Assembly: GCA_000934665.2 (NCBI GenBank)
Contig: JYFJ02000643.1
Location: 1-64,000, forward strand
Direction of reading: 5' to 3'
Origin: Catajapyx aquilonaris
Lineage: Eukaryota
Length of the DNA: 64,000 bases
The position numbers were made by a program, and so were the translations under genes. This document shows, piece after piece, positions 11,580 to 24,118 of the stretch (the first letter of the stretch is position 1; every line of letters begins with the position of its first letter). The notes under the pieces are model-generated. The model did not search any database. It was not told the origin of the DNA and saw only the letters and a list, made by a program, of their open reading frames with translations.

Positions 11580-12430
11580 CTACTCCCCCGTGTGAATCCT
11601 CATATGCCTATTCAAATTCACTGACTGACTAAACCTTTTCTTGCAAATTGAGCAACTGAATGGCTTCTCCCCCGTGTGAATCCTCATATGCCTATTCAAA
11701 TTCACTGACTGACTAAACCTTTTCTTGCAAATTGAGCAACTGAATGGCTTCTCCCCCGTGTGAATCCTCATATGCCTATTCAAATTCACTGACTGACTAA
11801 ACCTTTTCTTGCAAATTGAGCAACTGAATGGCTTCTCCCCTGTGTGGGTCCTCGTGTGTGCATTCAATTGTTGTAACGTAGTAAACCTTTTCTTGCAGAT
11901 TGAGCAACTGAATGGCTTCTCCCCTGTGTGGGTCCTCATATGCCTATTCAAAGGTGCTGACTGACTAAACTTTCTCTTGCAAATTGAGCAACTGAATGGC
12001 TTCTCCCCTGTGTGGGTCCTCATATGTGTATTCAAATTTCTAAGGGAAGGGAATTTCTTCTTGCGGATCTGACAAACCTTCCCCTCCAAGTGCTTCCTTC
12101 TCTGCAAGTCTTGCTGGTTTCCATTCTTCACATTTTCTTGAGCATCATTTACCTAAAAAATGGGTATGAGCTCATCACATTTTTGAAATAAATGCAGGTG
12201 TAGGAACACGAAGAGTTCATGTTGGAACTCTCTAGGCCTGCCTTGCAATACCAATACCCCTGAATGCGTACAATTGACACCCTTGTTTTTAATATTCAAA
12301 GATGGAAAAATCCTCATAGTACCTCCCTCAGAGCACTTCTTTTGTGTATACATGCTCACACTCTTTGTTTCGCGTAGGCCTATTCATTCTCGCTAGGTAG
12401 CCAGTTGCCAAAATTTGGCACAAATTGTTA

Positions 12431-12487
<57 letters not shown>

Positions 12488-13922
12488 CTGCCTGGAAGAC
12501 ACTTGTAATTGTTTATACTTAATTATGCTAAATACCCTGACATGTGGGAATATCCATGGGGCAAGGAGTCAATACGAGGCAGGTTTGCTGGCGCCAAAAA
12601 GGCAATAAAAAGGCAATTAGAGCTAGTTCCAGCAAGGCATATCATACGGGTTAGAATCAATGTAAAAAGTAGCACCTTGCAACCCTCCAGCCTGAAAGGT
12701 CATGTCGATGGTGCTGGGAAAAACCAGGAAATTGGTAATTATAGATTACCAGGAAGATGCTCAGATGGACCTGACCCCACCCCAAATTCAGACAGTATTT
12801 AAGCAAGCCCGGATTTTAAAACCGGCAGATCGAGAGGGGGCAGCCCACCAGCCGAGATGATGGCCCAACGCATACTAACCAGGTAAGAATTTTCAATCGC
12901 AATATGTGATTTTAGAGGGAGCCGCTGAAGGCATGACCATAGAATAGTACACTGTAAAGATTAAGCCGTAGCAGCGGACATAAGTCTGAATTAGTATAAC
13001 GTCAGTACTGTGAATTAAAAGTTGATAACTTATATTGAATTTTACTCTGCATTCGAATTATTAACATGCCCCTCCGACCTATATTCCTATCCAACTTATA
13101 TTCAAACCGCGACAATTGACAATTGTTACATTGTCTCGTCTCTGTGCAAGAAACTACTATGGCAAAAAAAATCAGTGTATAATACATGACTGATAATAAT
13201 TAACCAAGTTTCATTTGCCATTGCCATTGAAATTGAAATTCCGAGGATTTTATTAGCACTTCTTGTGGACATTTGAAAGAAGATGAATCAAGAATTTAAA
13301 AATTGATTAGCACAACTCAATAAACAGGGATGATAAAACAAATAAATTGTCACTTTTTAGTTTCATAGGCCTACTATTAGGAACAACCTGCACTAAAAAT
13401 TAGTCAATAATCATGAGCAGACCCTGTGTTAAAACTGTCTGAATATTATATCTCTCTTGTCGCACAATTATTTCCGACACCATCGTGTGAACATGCACAA
13501 CCTGATTAATTATCTCACCTGGTTTTGCCTTCCAACGCCTCCATCACTTCCACCAGCTGCCTCTTCCCTGTCTGGTTCAGTGTCATCCCCATGCATGTCC
13601 CTGCTCTCCGCCTCTGCTGCTGGCCCGGGGTCACTTTCCTGACCGCTGTTGCCCTCCTCCTCCTCCCCTCCTCTGGCTCCACTTTGACCATCCTGACCCC
13701 TGAGGCATCTCTTCCTTTCCAACATTCCTTGACCTCCTCCTCCTCCTCCTCCTTCGTGAACCTGATTGTGAGCTGCACTGGTTCCTCCTCCTCCTCTGGC
13801 TCCACCTTGACCCTGTCCCACTTGGAGTGAGTGAAGCTGTGTGCCATCAGATCAATCCTCCTTTTGAAGACCTTGTCTGGACAGCATGGGCAGGGGAATC
13901 TTCCCAATTTCATCATCTCCAT
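11580..13922 (-). CDS. C2H2 (Kruppel-type) zinc-finger protein; coding exons 13922-13519 and 12152-11580, apparent 1-nt frameshift near 13665
   Basis: Six TGEKPF-linked fingers in the last exon (first one degenerate, CQIR); N-terminal finger [22 protein letters not shown] and VKVEP acidic repeats; donor CAG|GTGAGA at 13519/13518, acceptor ttttttag at 12153; upstream non-coding intron 14081-13971. Confidence 0.8.
12433..12485. repeat. (CT)n microsatellite
   Basis: Pure CT run inside the zinc-finger gene intron. Confidence 0.97.
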
Positions 13923-14660
13923 GGCTGCCTGGCTGGGATTGGTCTCTCTCCTCAAACTCTGCACCTTTGTCTGAAATAAGAAGAGTGAATGATATCATCA
14001 GTCTCGATCCCGTCTGATTCCGTCTCTTCATGCCCCCAACCACCTAACCAGACCAGGCTCCACACAGAATAATGTGCTCACCTTACAATTGTGGGCTGAC
14101 CCTAGTTCACACGTGACTTGGTGGTGAGCTGTACCACGGAATGAGGCAAGAGGCAGCTAGGCGACGCATGTCCAAGCATGCCAGCATGGGACTGGTTTTC
14201 TGCTCCCCTATAATGAGGCGCGCCACACGTGGCAACGCTGTGGCGCCGATCACGTGAGGGTGGTGCACCTGCGTCGCCCAGGTTGCGCAGTCGTCTGCGT
14301 TCTTATTTGCATTCGACTCTACAACACAGCGTGAGCGTGGGGCAAGACCTTGGGCAAGACCAGATAAGACTCTCCCCCAGTCCCAGTGCCTCCCTTAGCA
14401 AGAGGGGGAAGGAACTTTCACTTTTGTGCCCTGACCAGGAGGAAGTAATCCTTCTCCTTCCAATGAGTCTACATGGTTTTAACCCCCACCCCCCGGATAG
14501 GCGAAAAAGGATGAGTCAGCAGCAAGGGATACGCATGGAAAAACTGTAAAATAATGATGTTAGAAGCAAGCCATTTTGGGGAAAATAATGTTCTCTGCTG
14601 GACTCAAAGAAAGGTTTTCGTCCACAGCACACGAAATAATTATATTCCATCCATGAGGAG

Positions 14661-15703
14661 GGAGCCGCATGTAAAAACCATGTAACTCAAAATACGTGGT
14701 TTTTACTTGCATGCCTTCATTGGATTGCTCATGTCAAGAACTATCCCATGGTACAAACCACGTGTCTCTGACGTCATTTTTCACGAAGATACTGAACAGG
14801 AAAAACCATGTAACTCATAATATTGAAACGTCACGTCAAGTAAAATCCCTGTAAAGAGAGATACAAATATTGGAACAGTCACTTCCTCTTGGAAAAACCG
14901 TGTATGTGAAGGTAATATGCAGGATCATGTCTCCACAATATGCAATTCTAGATCGCACATAAGGGCAATTGTGATCGAATACAAAGACATTCTCAAGTTT
15001 CACAACCTATTTAAAGCCAAGAGAAATCTGCAGCTGAAAAATGTTCGTGTCCTGCAAGTGAGAAGGGGAAGTTACGACCTTCATGTGAAGTCCTTATACG
15101 AAGATGCAAATTTTGAGAAGTATACCCTTCTCACGAAGAAGTCAAAACAAAAAATTGATCCTGGACCTACCGAGTCGAACGATGCCACAGCAGTTGAGAA
15201 TGCATCTGGCTCAGCTGCAGCTGCTGTTGCAGCAGGTACAATAACTGAAATGGATACAATTACCAACAATTGGGACTCTTATCCCAGACTGTATGAGGCT
15301 ACTCCAAGAGGAGTCACAAAAAGAAAGAAATCTGCGCTGATGAAGCTAGCCCTAAGCCTCGACAACAGCCGGCGACTTTTTTTTTTGAGAATCTTCAAGT
15401 AGATGAAGAAGTCACGGACTTAGAAGTACATGTCGGTGATGCTCCAAATGAGACATTAACATAATTCTTCATCTTTCCCAGTATGTACACACACGGTCGA
15501 CAGAATGTCCCACATGGAGCCAGTGAATTTATTACTTTCTATAAATCCAGTAACCACATTTATTGATTCCAGGACGGTACACTGTATGATTGTGTGTAAC
15601 ATACTTACATAGTGGCTAATATTTATATTATCCGAAATACAGGAAATAAACGTTATTTATGCAGAATTGATGGTATGTTTTGCTGTTATTGCGAATAAAC
15701 ACG

Positions 15704-15762
<59 letters not shown>

Positions 15763-16309
15763 CTCTCTCTCTCACCATAATTCAGCTGCAGCAACATATG
15801 TACGTACTAATAATAATTAAGAACTAGGGAAAATAACGGGAAACCACCACATTATTTTCCTTAGTTCAGCGCCTACCTTCGTATGAAGATGGCACGATTA
15901 CGATTACTAATAATTACAAGGTTCTTGCCAAGTCTGAAGGGTTCATTATGAATAAGTACGTACAGTTACATGGTTCTGAGACTATGTCATGGTTGTATAA
16001 GTAATATGTAAGTAGAGTTACATTGTTTTAACAAAATACCACAGTTTCAATTAAAGTCTGTATATATAGTTGCGTGGTTTTTACTTGTGCCAATGTAACC
16101 ATGTAACTTGATTTCATTTAATGTGAATTTAACTAGGTGAATGATATTACATGTTATATGTTCAAAGAGTCTTACTGATATGGTACATTTAGTAAAAAAA
16201 AATTTGTCAGGTATGGCGTATGCCTAAGGAAATGGCAGATCACTAAACTTAGAAGCGCAATATCTCAAAATGGCAAAATCAGAGATACATGGTTTTTACA
16301 TGCGGCTCC
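14661..16309 (+). mobile_element. Internally deleted TIR transposon (Sola1-like, tentative) with transposase C-terminal remnant at 14917-15402
   Basis: 28-bp TIR ggagccgcatgtaaaaaccatgta(a/t)ctc at both ends; internal aaccatgtaac repeats in both orientations; remnant ends YPRLY...KRKKSALMKLAL...FF; flanks ggag/agag are an imperfect 4-bp TSD. Confidence 0.75.
15707..15773. repeat. (CT)n microsatellite
   Basis: CT run with one interruption. Confidence 0.97.
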
Positions 16310-16921
16310 AGAGGGAGTGTCAAACTGTCAATTAAGATCAGCGGTGCATGTGCTAATTGAAAGTGCGATTCTTTCGATTTTTGTGTATTTTCATCGTAAT
16401 TCGACCAACGCTAAGACGAATGGAGACAATGCCTTGTATGTCAGAACCGCGTCAGTCTCGTAATTTGTCCCCATAAGACGTCATATTTCAAAAATGGCCT
16501 CCCCATATACATACGAGTATACAGTACGTGTCATCCGTGTCATATTCGCACCAGGAAGAGGAACAGGACTACTGTCGGATTTTTTAAATACTGGCCCCTG
16601 TGTTTGACTTTAAATAACTCAAAGGAAAATGGTCCAAAAAATAACGTTACACATCGTTAGAAAGCTTGTTTAAATCTACGTAACACATAATTATGCGAGT
16701 TGATTACCTATCTTCATTGTGTAATTTTTATCAGAAGAAGAACACGGAAAAGTGTCATTTTTTGAGTAGTTGCCGAAGTTACGCCTCAAAATTAATTTTT
16801 TATGACACTTCTCGCAGGCCAAAAAATTCCCCCTGTGAACTCTGGACAGTGCAAATCCTTGTCTATCTAATGATGTATTTGAAACTTAGAAATCACCATT
16901 TGTGTAATCATAATTAAGTTA

Positions 16922-17250
16922 ATTGCACACCTCAGTTATCTCCGCCGTTTATAATCCGAATTACTTCGCGAATGTATGGACGGCAAGCCAGAAATGTGCG
17001 TGATATAATTACACCGTGCGTTATCACACTAAATATTTGAAAAAGTATTGTTGTAGTAAGTTTAATAGACAAGTACCCAGCCCGCATTCTGGCGGGAATA
17101 GACGGCGTGCGGCGATACTTTCAAATACGTTTAAAATTTTTAGTGTAATAAAGCACGGTGTAATTTTATCACGCACATTTCTGGCTTGTCGTCCATACAT
17201 TCGCGAAGTAATTCGGATTATAAACGGCCGAGATAACTGAGGTGTGCAAT
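16922..17250. mobile_element. Foldback/MITE with ~115-125 bp near-perfect arms
   Basis: attgcacacctcagttatctc...cacactaaa mirrored by tttagtgt...gagataactgaggtgtgcaat. Confidence 0.88.
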
Positions 17251-17869
17251 GCATGCTATTTCCTCAGTAATTAGCAAGTGAGAAAAAAGTAATGGATAAT
17301 ATACCTTACCTTATTGGCTTTCAAAGTGGCCTATTGCATAACATTCATCTATGTGTGTGCCCCGAAAAATAATTAAAATATGAATGTGGTGCACAGTACC
17401 GCACTTTCCCCGCGATATGGGGTAAGTGAGAGTGTGGAATTCTCTCAGAGTAACATACATTGCTTTGCATATAGGACTAGTGCTACAACGACACAAACTT
17501 CCTGTCAGTCTATATTTTCCGAATAAAAATATTCCGGGAAGTTCTTACAGGACGAACTTTTATTCATTGCTCCTCAGCAGGTTGGCTAACGGTACTGACA
17601 TTATCAGATTAAAATGCATTATGTGGAATTGCTTCCTACTTGAAAAGTGATACAAAATTTCGCTAATTTCCATCAGTGAATTTCTGGCCTATCCTGCGTA
17701 GGAAACCGCCATTCTACATGGTGTATTAGCACAATAGGCTCACAAAAATGGCCTTGAAGCATGTAAATCGGCCTTCATTACATCCCCAATATGTTGTCAC
17801 TCAACTCAAAGGCTAGAGGCTAAGTGAATATATATAAAAAAGTACAGTACCGTACTGTACCTCTGGGAA

Positions 17870-18005
17870 TGGGTCAGCTGGTCTACTTGTTAACACGTAA
17901 GAACCCCGACATTTTGATTGCGCTTGAATCAATCGCATGCTTTAGACTATGTATGAGACCTTCAGTCGTTCCATAGCCCGAGCATAGGACGTAAACCGGC
18001 GGATA
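17870..18005 (+). mobile_element. Possible 3' portion of a SINE
   Basis: cacgtaagaacccc followed ~80 nt later by ggacgtaaac resembles the core and tail of arthropod SINEs; recognition only. Confidence 0.3.
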
Positions 18006-18639
18006 TACTCAACATATTTATATGTATACTCCTTTATACTAATTATTATGATGTTCAAAATAGTGAAGCGTAAAGCTCGCGAATATGTGTATTTCAAATT
18101 AAAATTAATGTACATCAAATTACGCGAGTGTCAATACCCCGGTCGTTATACTCAGATAATATATTATGTTTCCAGCAAAATATATAAATATATTATCCAG
18201 ACAAGAATTCATTCCTCAGCTATAGATTTTGCCAATTTCTATTTACAGTGTAAAGTAGCCTACAAGTGCTGGGTGTAATTTTATTTAAACTGCAATATTA
18301 CTGGTTAAGACTGCTATAAAATACACCAACAAATCCATACATTTTCTCCAAAATATTACGACATTGAAGTACTGCTTTTATTTGAACAATTTTTCTGCAT
18401 CATTCAGCATCCTATAGTTCTATCGAATTCGGTGGTCTTGTATACGCACGATTTACGCACGATTTTAAAAAAAGACTCCTGCTTCTTCAATTACTTGTAT
18501 TGCTATTTCATCTCGTATGAACCTGAATAGAGTCCATCCAAAAAAGCCCAAGGTTGACAAGTTAACGAGGGTTACCGTGGTTCTATAGGCGACGAAAAGG
18601 GACAAGCAGTCTTCAGGTTATACTCAAGCATTGTGCATG

Positions 18640-19480
18640 GCCAGTACGTACTGTACATACGATGAAGCTCACGAACTCCGGATTCTTCGTCCTCCTCTAT
18701 TACCAAGCATGTGAATTCAATACATTAACACAATGCTTGAAATTCATGGACTTGGAAGGAAACTTTCAGTTCAAGCCATTTTCCGACTCTGTCTATGTGG
18801 GTCTGTGTGGGTTCGCGATCCCACAGTTTTGGAATGCTTTGGGCAAACTTTAGGACCACGAATCCAGCCGTGATCTGCTTAACATTTTCAAAAGATACGA
18901 GCTGGGTCACGTCCTGACGTCCAGCAGTAATTTTTGTCAGGATTTGATGGCATGGTATTTGACAAAATCGACACCAATTCGGTCTCAGAGTGTAATAATC
19001 AACATTCCTTCTTATGTCCATAACGTAGAAACTCAATGAATAATGATTATGGAAATTATTTCAATTTGCCGCAGTAAGTAATATTGCAATAATAATTGCA
19101 ACATCAGATAAGTGCATCAGTCCTTAATGACATCATACGATTTAACTGTGCATTTAAAGTCAAACATCATTTCTGAATCTGGTGTCTGGTGGTCATCAAT
19201 TTTGACTTCACGTTGAAGCACCAGCTGAGGATGCTGACCTGGACCAGATGTTAACAGACTATGGAGACTGGACCGCTCTCGCACGTCCTATGCAGAGAAG
19301 GGAGTCTCATATTATATCCGACTATACGTTCTCCGGCGATGCATTGGGTCTACGAGAGCGGTCTCTGCTGCAATGGACCTGTCCAGTCTGGAAACCAGCC
19401 TGGAAGTGTGAACTTGGTGCTGGATTGTCACCTGATGTATTCTGAATATATTCAAGTTCACTACCATTATATGCAGTAAT
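18640..19480 (+). pseudogene. Ancient, highly degraded IR last-exon relic
   Basis: LYIR, TLTQCLK, FMDLEGNFQFKPFSDS (vs FLDMAGNWPFARFTDT in the intact IRs) and later WVYESGL, in the same order as IR exon 3. Confidence 0.5.
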
Positions 19481-20368
19481 TTTAGCGTTTATTGAGTGTT
19501 ACATAATATGCACTTTATTTTATTGAATGAAAGAATCTTAAGTTAGTTTGGAATTCATTTCTATTGGCCTTGTCCTTGATCGATAAAACGCTGCCCTGAT
19601 CCAATTACGGCTGTAAAAGAATTATTCATGTGCAGTCGATAGGTGATGTCCTTTTCGATCTGGCTGCATGATCTCTAAAATCTCCGATTATACATTGTGA
19701 ATATTCGAATATTTATGGACATTTCCTCTTACTTGTTAGTTGGGTCTATATGACTATACAATGACTATACACAATCTCCTTAAATCTATTCATTTGATAG
19801 CATACCGGTATCTCTATAGTCAATGAATCATTTGGTTAGCTCTTTAACGGGATTGCTCGAGTATACTTGGCGACTTTGACTGTGTCTTACAAATCTTTGG
19901 AGGTGCCATGGCTGCATTGTCCATTCAGAAGGTTGTTTTCTGGCGGGGAAAAAACAAGCACTGAAAATGCACCCTTTGCTGTGCTGAAATATACGAATGC
20001 TGGGTCTGTCATTGACAATAGAAATTACTGAATTTTCAATGTCTGTCTTTCTTCACTTATCGTAACTATATGCACTTGGCGATATGCAAAGCATTGAGGA
20101 GATTTGACTGGTCCCGGCAGATCACATCTCTCATCAGAATTACTATCAATCAAACTAATCACTCTTATTAAATAATTATACCTCGGCATGCCTTCCAAAT
20201 TGACAGTCTCTCTCTAAGATACGAGTATATACGCCTAAATACTCTTTCCAGTCCACACAATAGTGCTCTGCTATTGTCTTTTGCAGTCAGTGTGTCGGGG
20301 ATCATATGTAGGCTATACTTTACGTTACTTTCTAATGTCAAAGAGGGTTCCTCTGCATTGATCACGTC

Positions 20369-22514
20369 ATGGAAGTTTTTGTCATTCTGTTAATTTTCTC
20401 CCACGTTTCCATACAATCATACGTTGGTGAAGTCGGAAGCGAGACATTGTCTGGCGAGATTAGTCTCATAGAACGGATTGAATCCCAGCTGGATGACTCG
20501 TGCCTGATTGCCTTTTCCCATGATTACGATCACCTTCCTCAAACACTGGATCAGCTAATTGGCAGATTTAATGAGAAAGAGCGTATGACGGTGCAAATTC
20601 GACTGTCACAGCCCAAAAGTGACACTGCTACTGAAGTGCCTTTCGATGGCTCCAATGTCAACCACACCTCACGAGTCACGTACTGGTTCGACTGGCTGCA
20701 TCTTCCCAGTGCCACCCATCACTCCAACTGCGCCTTGTTCGTCTTCTTCCTCCGTCACCAGAACTTGGAGTCACTGATCCAGACCACTGCAGCCAGTGTC
20801 CTCCTCAACACCCGTCTGCACCACTTCGTCTTCTTCTAGAGGGATGGAGGGGTGGAGAAGATACTTCAACACCCACACTCCAGGATGTTGAAGTAGGAAA
20901 CAAATTATTGCATTTTATAGCCTTGCTTCACATTTCAGTTTAAATTAAGTAATTAACGTTTTCTCATTATAATTCTTGTACAGGTATAAGCTCGTGGTGG
21001 AACAGGAAACATTATTGTTCTGGTCACTTTGTTTCTACTGTGACAATGGAGAATCGCAAATTGTTGCGATTAACCCCATCGCTTCAAATCTTGCAAATTA
21101 TTTCCCGGACTTTACACTTGACCTGCAAAATAAGACACTCCTTGGAATGACTCCCTTTGCCTTTAATACAGACCAAAATGACATTAAGAGGAAGTATTTT
21201 AACAGGAATCAGTTAAGCATTACGGATTTTTTGTACCTCGATTTAACCACGTACATGAACTGGAACCTTCAGCTGGAAGTATCTGAAAATGCTGTCTCAG
21301 TGGAGGCCAAAATGGACGACGGAACATGGGTTGGAATAGTGGGCGACGTTCTCTACGGAAGATGTGACTTCGGCGCCATCGCAGCTTTTTTCTCTCCTCC
21401 TCTAGAAGTTATAGATTACGGTTATCCCGGTTACATCGGCAGTATTTACTTTATCACTCGGAAAGAAAAAGTGTTAGAATCCTGGGATATGATCATTCGA
21501 CCCTACACCCAAGGAATGTGGCTTCTGACCGGACTCGCTTGTTTTGTGGGAAGCCTTCTCCTGTGGGCACTTTTGATGGCCTCAGTCAAGAAAGTCACGT
21601 CCCCATTTGAGAATGACCCTCCTCCTCCTCCTCTCTACCGGTACTCCCTGAATTACATCCTTCTGACCATAATCGAAGCAAGCCCGAACCTGGTCCCAAA
21701 ATCTGATTCATCCAGGATGTTCCTCTCTTTCTGGTGGGTGTTTGCGGTGGTCACATCATGCGGATACAAAGCCAAACTCATTGGATTTTTGACCAACCAG
21801 GATCATGAAACACTTCCCAAGTAAGTGAATAGTTTCTTGTGACCATGCTTTACCATAACCTGATTATGGAGCAGGGTGAGTGCATTTTCTCATAAATTGA
21901 AAACAGTTTTAAATCCTGACTCCTTTAACAGAAGTGTGGCTGAATTGACAAGGCGAGATGATTGGATGTGGGGGTGTCCTACATATCTCGCGCTGTACGC
22001 CCGAGTTCTACTGAGTGAATCCGATCAGGATTACCACCACAAGTATGCCGAAGAGTTGGAAACGAACGAGTCTTTCGATGAATGCCTTCAAAAAGCCATC
22101 GATGAAGACTACATGTGCTGTGGTGCTAGAGAACACTCGGCTAAAGCAGCCTCTGAATTCCTTGACATGGCTGGAAACTGGCCTTTTGCCCGTTTCACCG
22201 ACACTTCGACCACGTTTTACGCCAGCCTCATGTTAAACAAGCATGATGTGTTGCTGCCAAGGTTTGACTGCATAATTCTCAGAATGGAATCTTCTGGGCT
22301 ACTCGGCTACTACATTGATTACTTCGAAGTATGGACTTACATAAAACAGATCAAAAGAGCCAGGAAGACTCGTCTCTTGTGGCCAGAGCCTTCCATGGCC
22401 TTGAATTTCAAACAAATGAAGGGTTTGTTTTACGGTTTGTTCACATTCTGCGGCGTTGCTGTCATCGCGTTTGCTACTGAATTGCTTGTATTCTATTGCA
22501 AGTCCCCGCTTTGA
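20369..22514 (+). pseudogene. Divergent ionotropic receptor copy 1; exons 20369-20892, 20984-21820, 21932-22514; single in-frame TAG at 20837-20839
   Basis: Signal peptide, S1 (DGTWVGIVGDVLYGRCD), IIRPY before M1, SSRMFLSFWWVF, YKAKLIGFLT, S2 (ESSGLL), M3. Exon lengths 524/837/583 identical to intact copy 2. Confidence 0.85.
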
Positions 22515-23920
22515 GTTGAAGTCCCCTCTTTATGCTAATCATCACGATTTTAGTGTACCATATTCTCACACGACGTCTAAGTAAGTGATATTAATTTGTA
22601 AGTGACATCTAACAGTCACACAATATACTGTCATGCCCTTAGGACACTAATTTATCCCACGGGTATTGAATAACGGCATGGTATTTGAAGATATCTACTA
22701 TAATTCCTTATTCTCACTCATTCAGTGTAATAATCTCCATTCCTTTTATGCTGTATCGTAGGAACTCCATGCATAATTATCATGTAGCTTTTCTCACTTT
22801 TTATTCTCATTTAATGTTCCAATTTCAGTCTCAGATCATTTCATCTGTTAAGATTTTTTTAAAAGATTATAACAAAAACAAGAGACAACGATTGGAATAC
22901 CGAAGATTCATAAGTATAAGTACCAAGTAACACAAGCTAATGAGAAAATTTTGCAGGTTATGATCACATGGTATAATATTATTTCAATTATTATTTTAAC
23001 ATCACTACTCTTTGCTACAGTTGAACGTCAACCAAAACACCTGGCAATTTGTACTCTAAATTAGTTGTACGCAAAAATCTGCCTGAAATGTGTCACCTGA
23101 TTTATTCGGAAATTTAAATTCACTACCATGAAACTGTCGCTTATGTTGCAATGTAGCCGTTCTTTGAGTGTTACATTATGCACTGCATTTTTTGAATTAA
23201 AGAATCTTAAGTTTGTTTGGATGTTCATTTATTTTGGCCTTGCCCTTGATCGATAAAACCTTGACCTGTCCAATTACAAGATTTATAATATATTCATGTG
23301 CATTCGATATGTAATGCCTTTTTCAACCTGGATGCATGATCTCGAAAATCTCCGATTATAGATTGCGAATATTCGCATATTTATGGACATTTCCACTTAG
23401 TTGGGTCTATGGCTATACAATCTTCTTGAGTCTTTTATTTCATAGCATACCGGTATCTCCATAGTCATGAATCATTTGGTTAGCTCATTAACGGGAATGC
23501 TCGACTACTTGGCAACATTGACTGTGTGTTACAAATCTTTGGAGTCGCCATGGCTGCATTGTCCATTCAGAAGGTTGTTTTCTGGCGGGGAAAAAACAAG
23601 CACTGAAAATGCACCCTTTGCTGTGCTGAAATATATGAATGCGGGATCTGTCATTGACAATAGAAATTACTGAATTTTCAACGACTGCCTTTCTTCGCTT
23701 ATCGTAACTATGAATTTGGCGATATGCAAAGCATTGAGGAGATTTGACTGGTCCCGGCAGATCACATCTCTCATCAGAATTACTATCAATCAAACTAATC
23801 ACTCTTATTAAATACTTATACCTCGGCATGCCTTCGAAATTGACAGTCTCTCCAAGATACTACTATATAGGCCTAAATACTCCTTCCTGTCCACACAATA
23901 GTGCTCTGCTATTTTCTTTT

Positions 23921-24118
23921 GATTACTTCGATGTATGGACTTACATAAAACAAATCAACAGAGCCAGGAAGACTCGTCTCTTGTGGCCAGAGCCTTCCAT
24001 GGCTTTGAATTTCAAACAAATGAAGGGTTCGTTTTACGGTTTGTTCACATTCTGCGGCGTTGCTGTCATTGCGTTTGCTACTGAATTGTTTGTGTTCTAC
24101 TGCAAGTGCAAGTATTGA
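23921..24118 (+). pseudogene. IR deletion derivative: upstream region (~23160-23920) fused directly to the last ~65 codons of exon 3
   Basis: DYFDVWTYIKQ...FYCKCKY* begins right after sequence matching copy 1's upstream region (tagtgctctgctatt.tctttt). Confidence 0.92.

Noticed and set aside
11583..12010. CRISPR-like repeat array
   Set aside because: The 84-bp period is the C2H2 finger coding unit; no unique spacers, no cas genes, eukaryotic context
12153..12359. Extra zinc-finger gene exon (68-aa ORF)
   Set aside because: Ends at the acceptor AG of the finger exon and has no motif; treated as intron
23744..24118. 124-aa ORF as a novel gene
   Set aside because: Non-ATG start; it is upstream DNA read into the IR exon-3 remnant across the deletion junction
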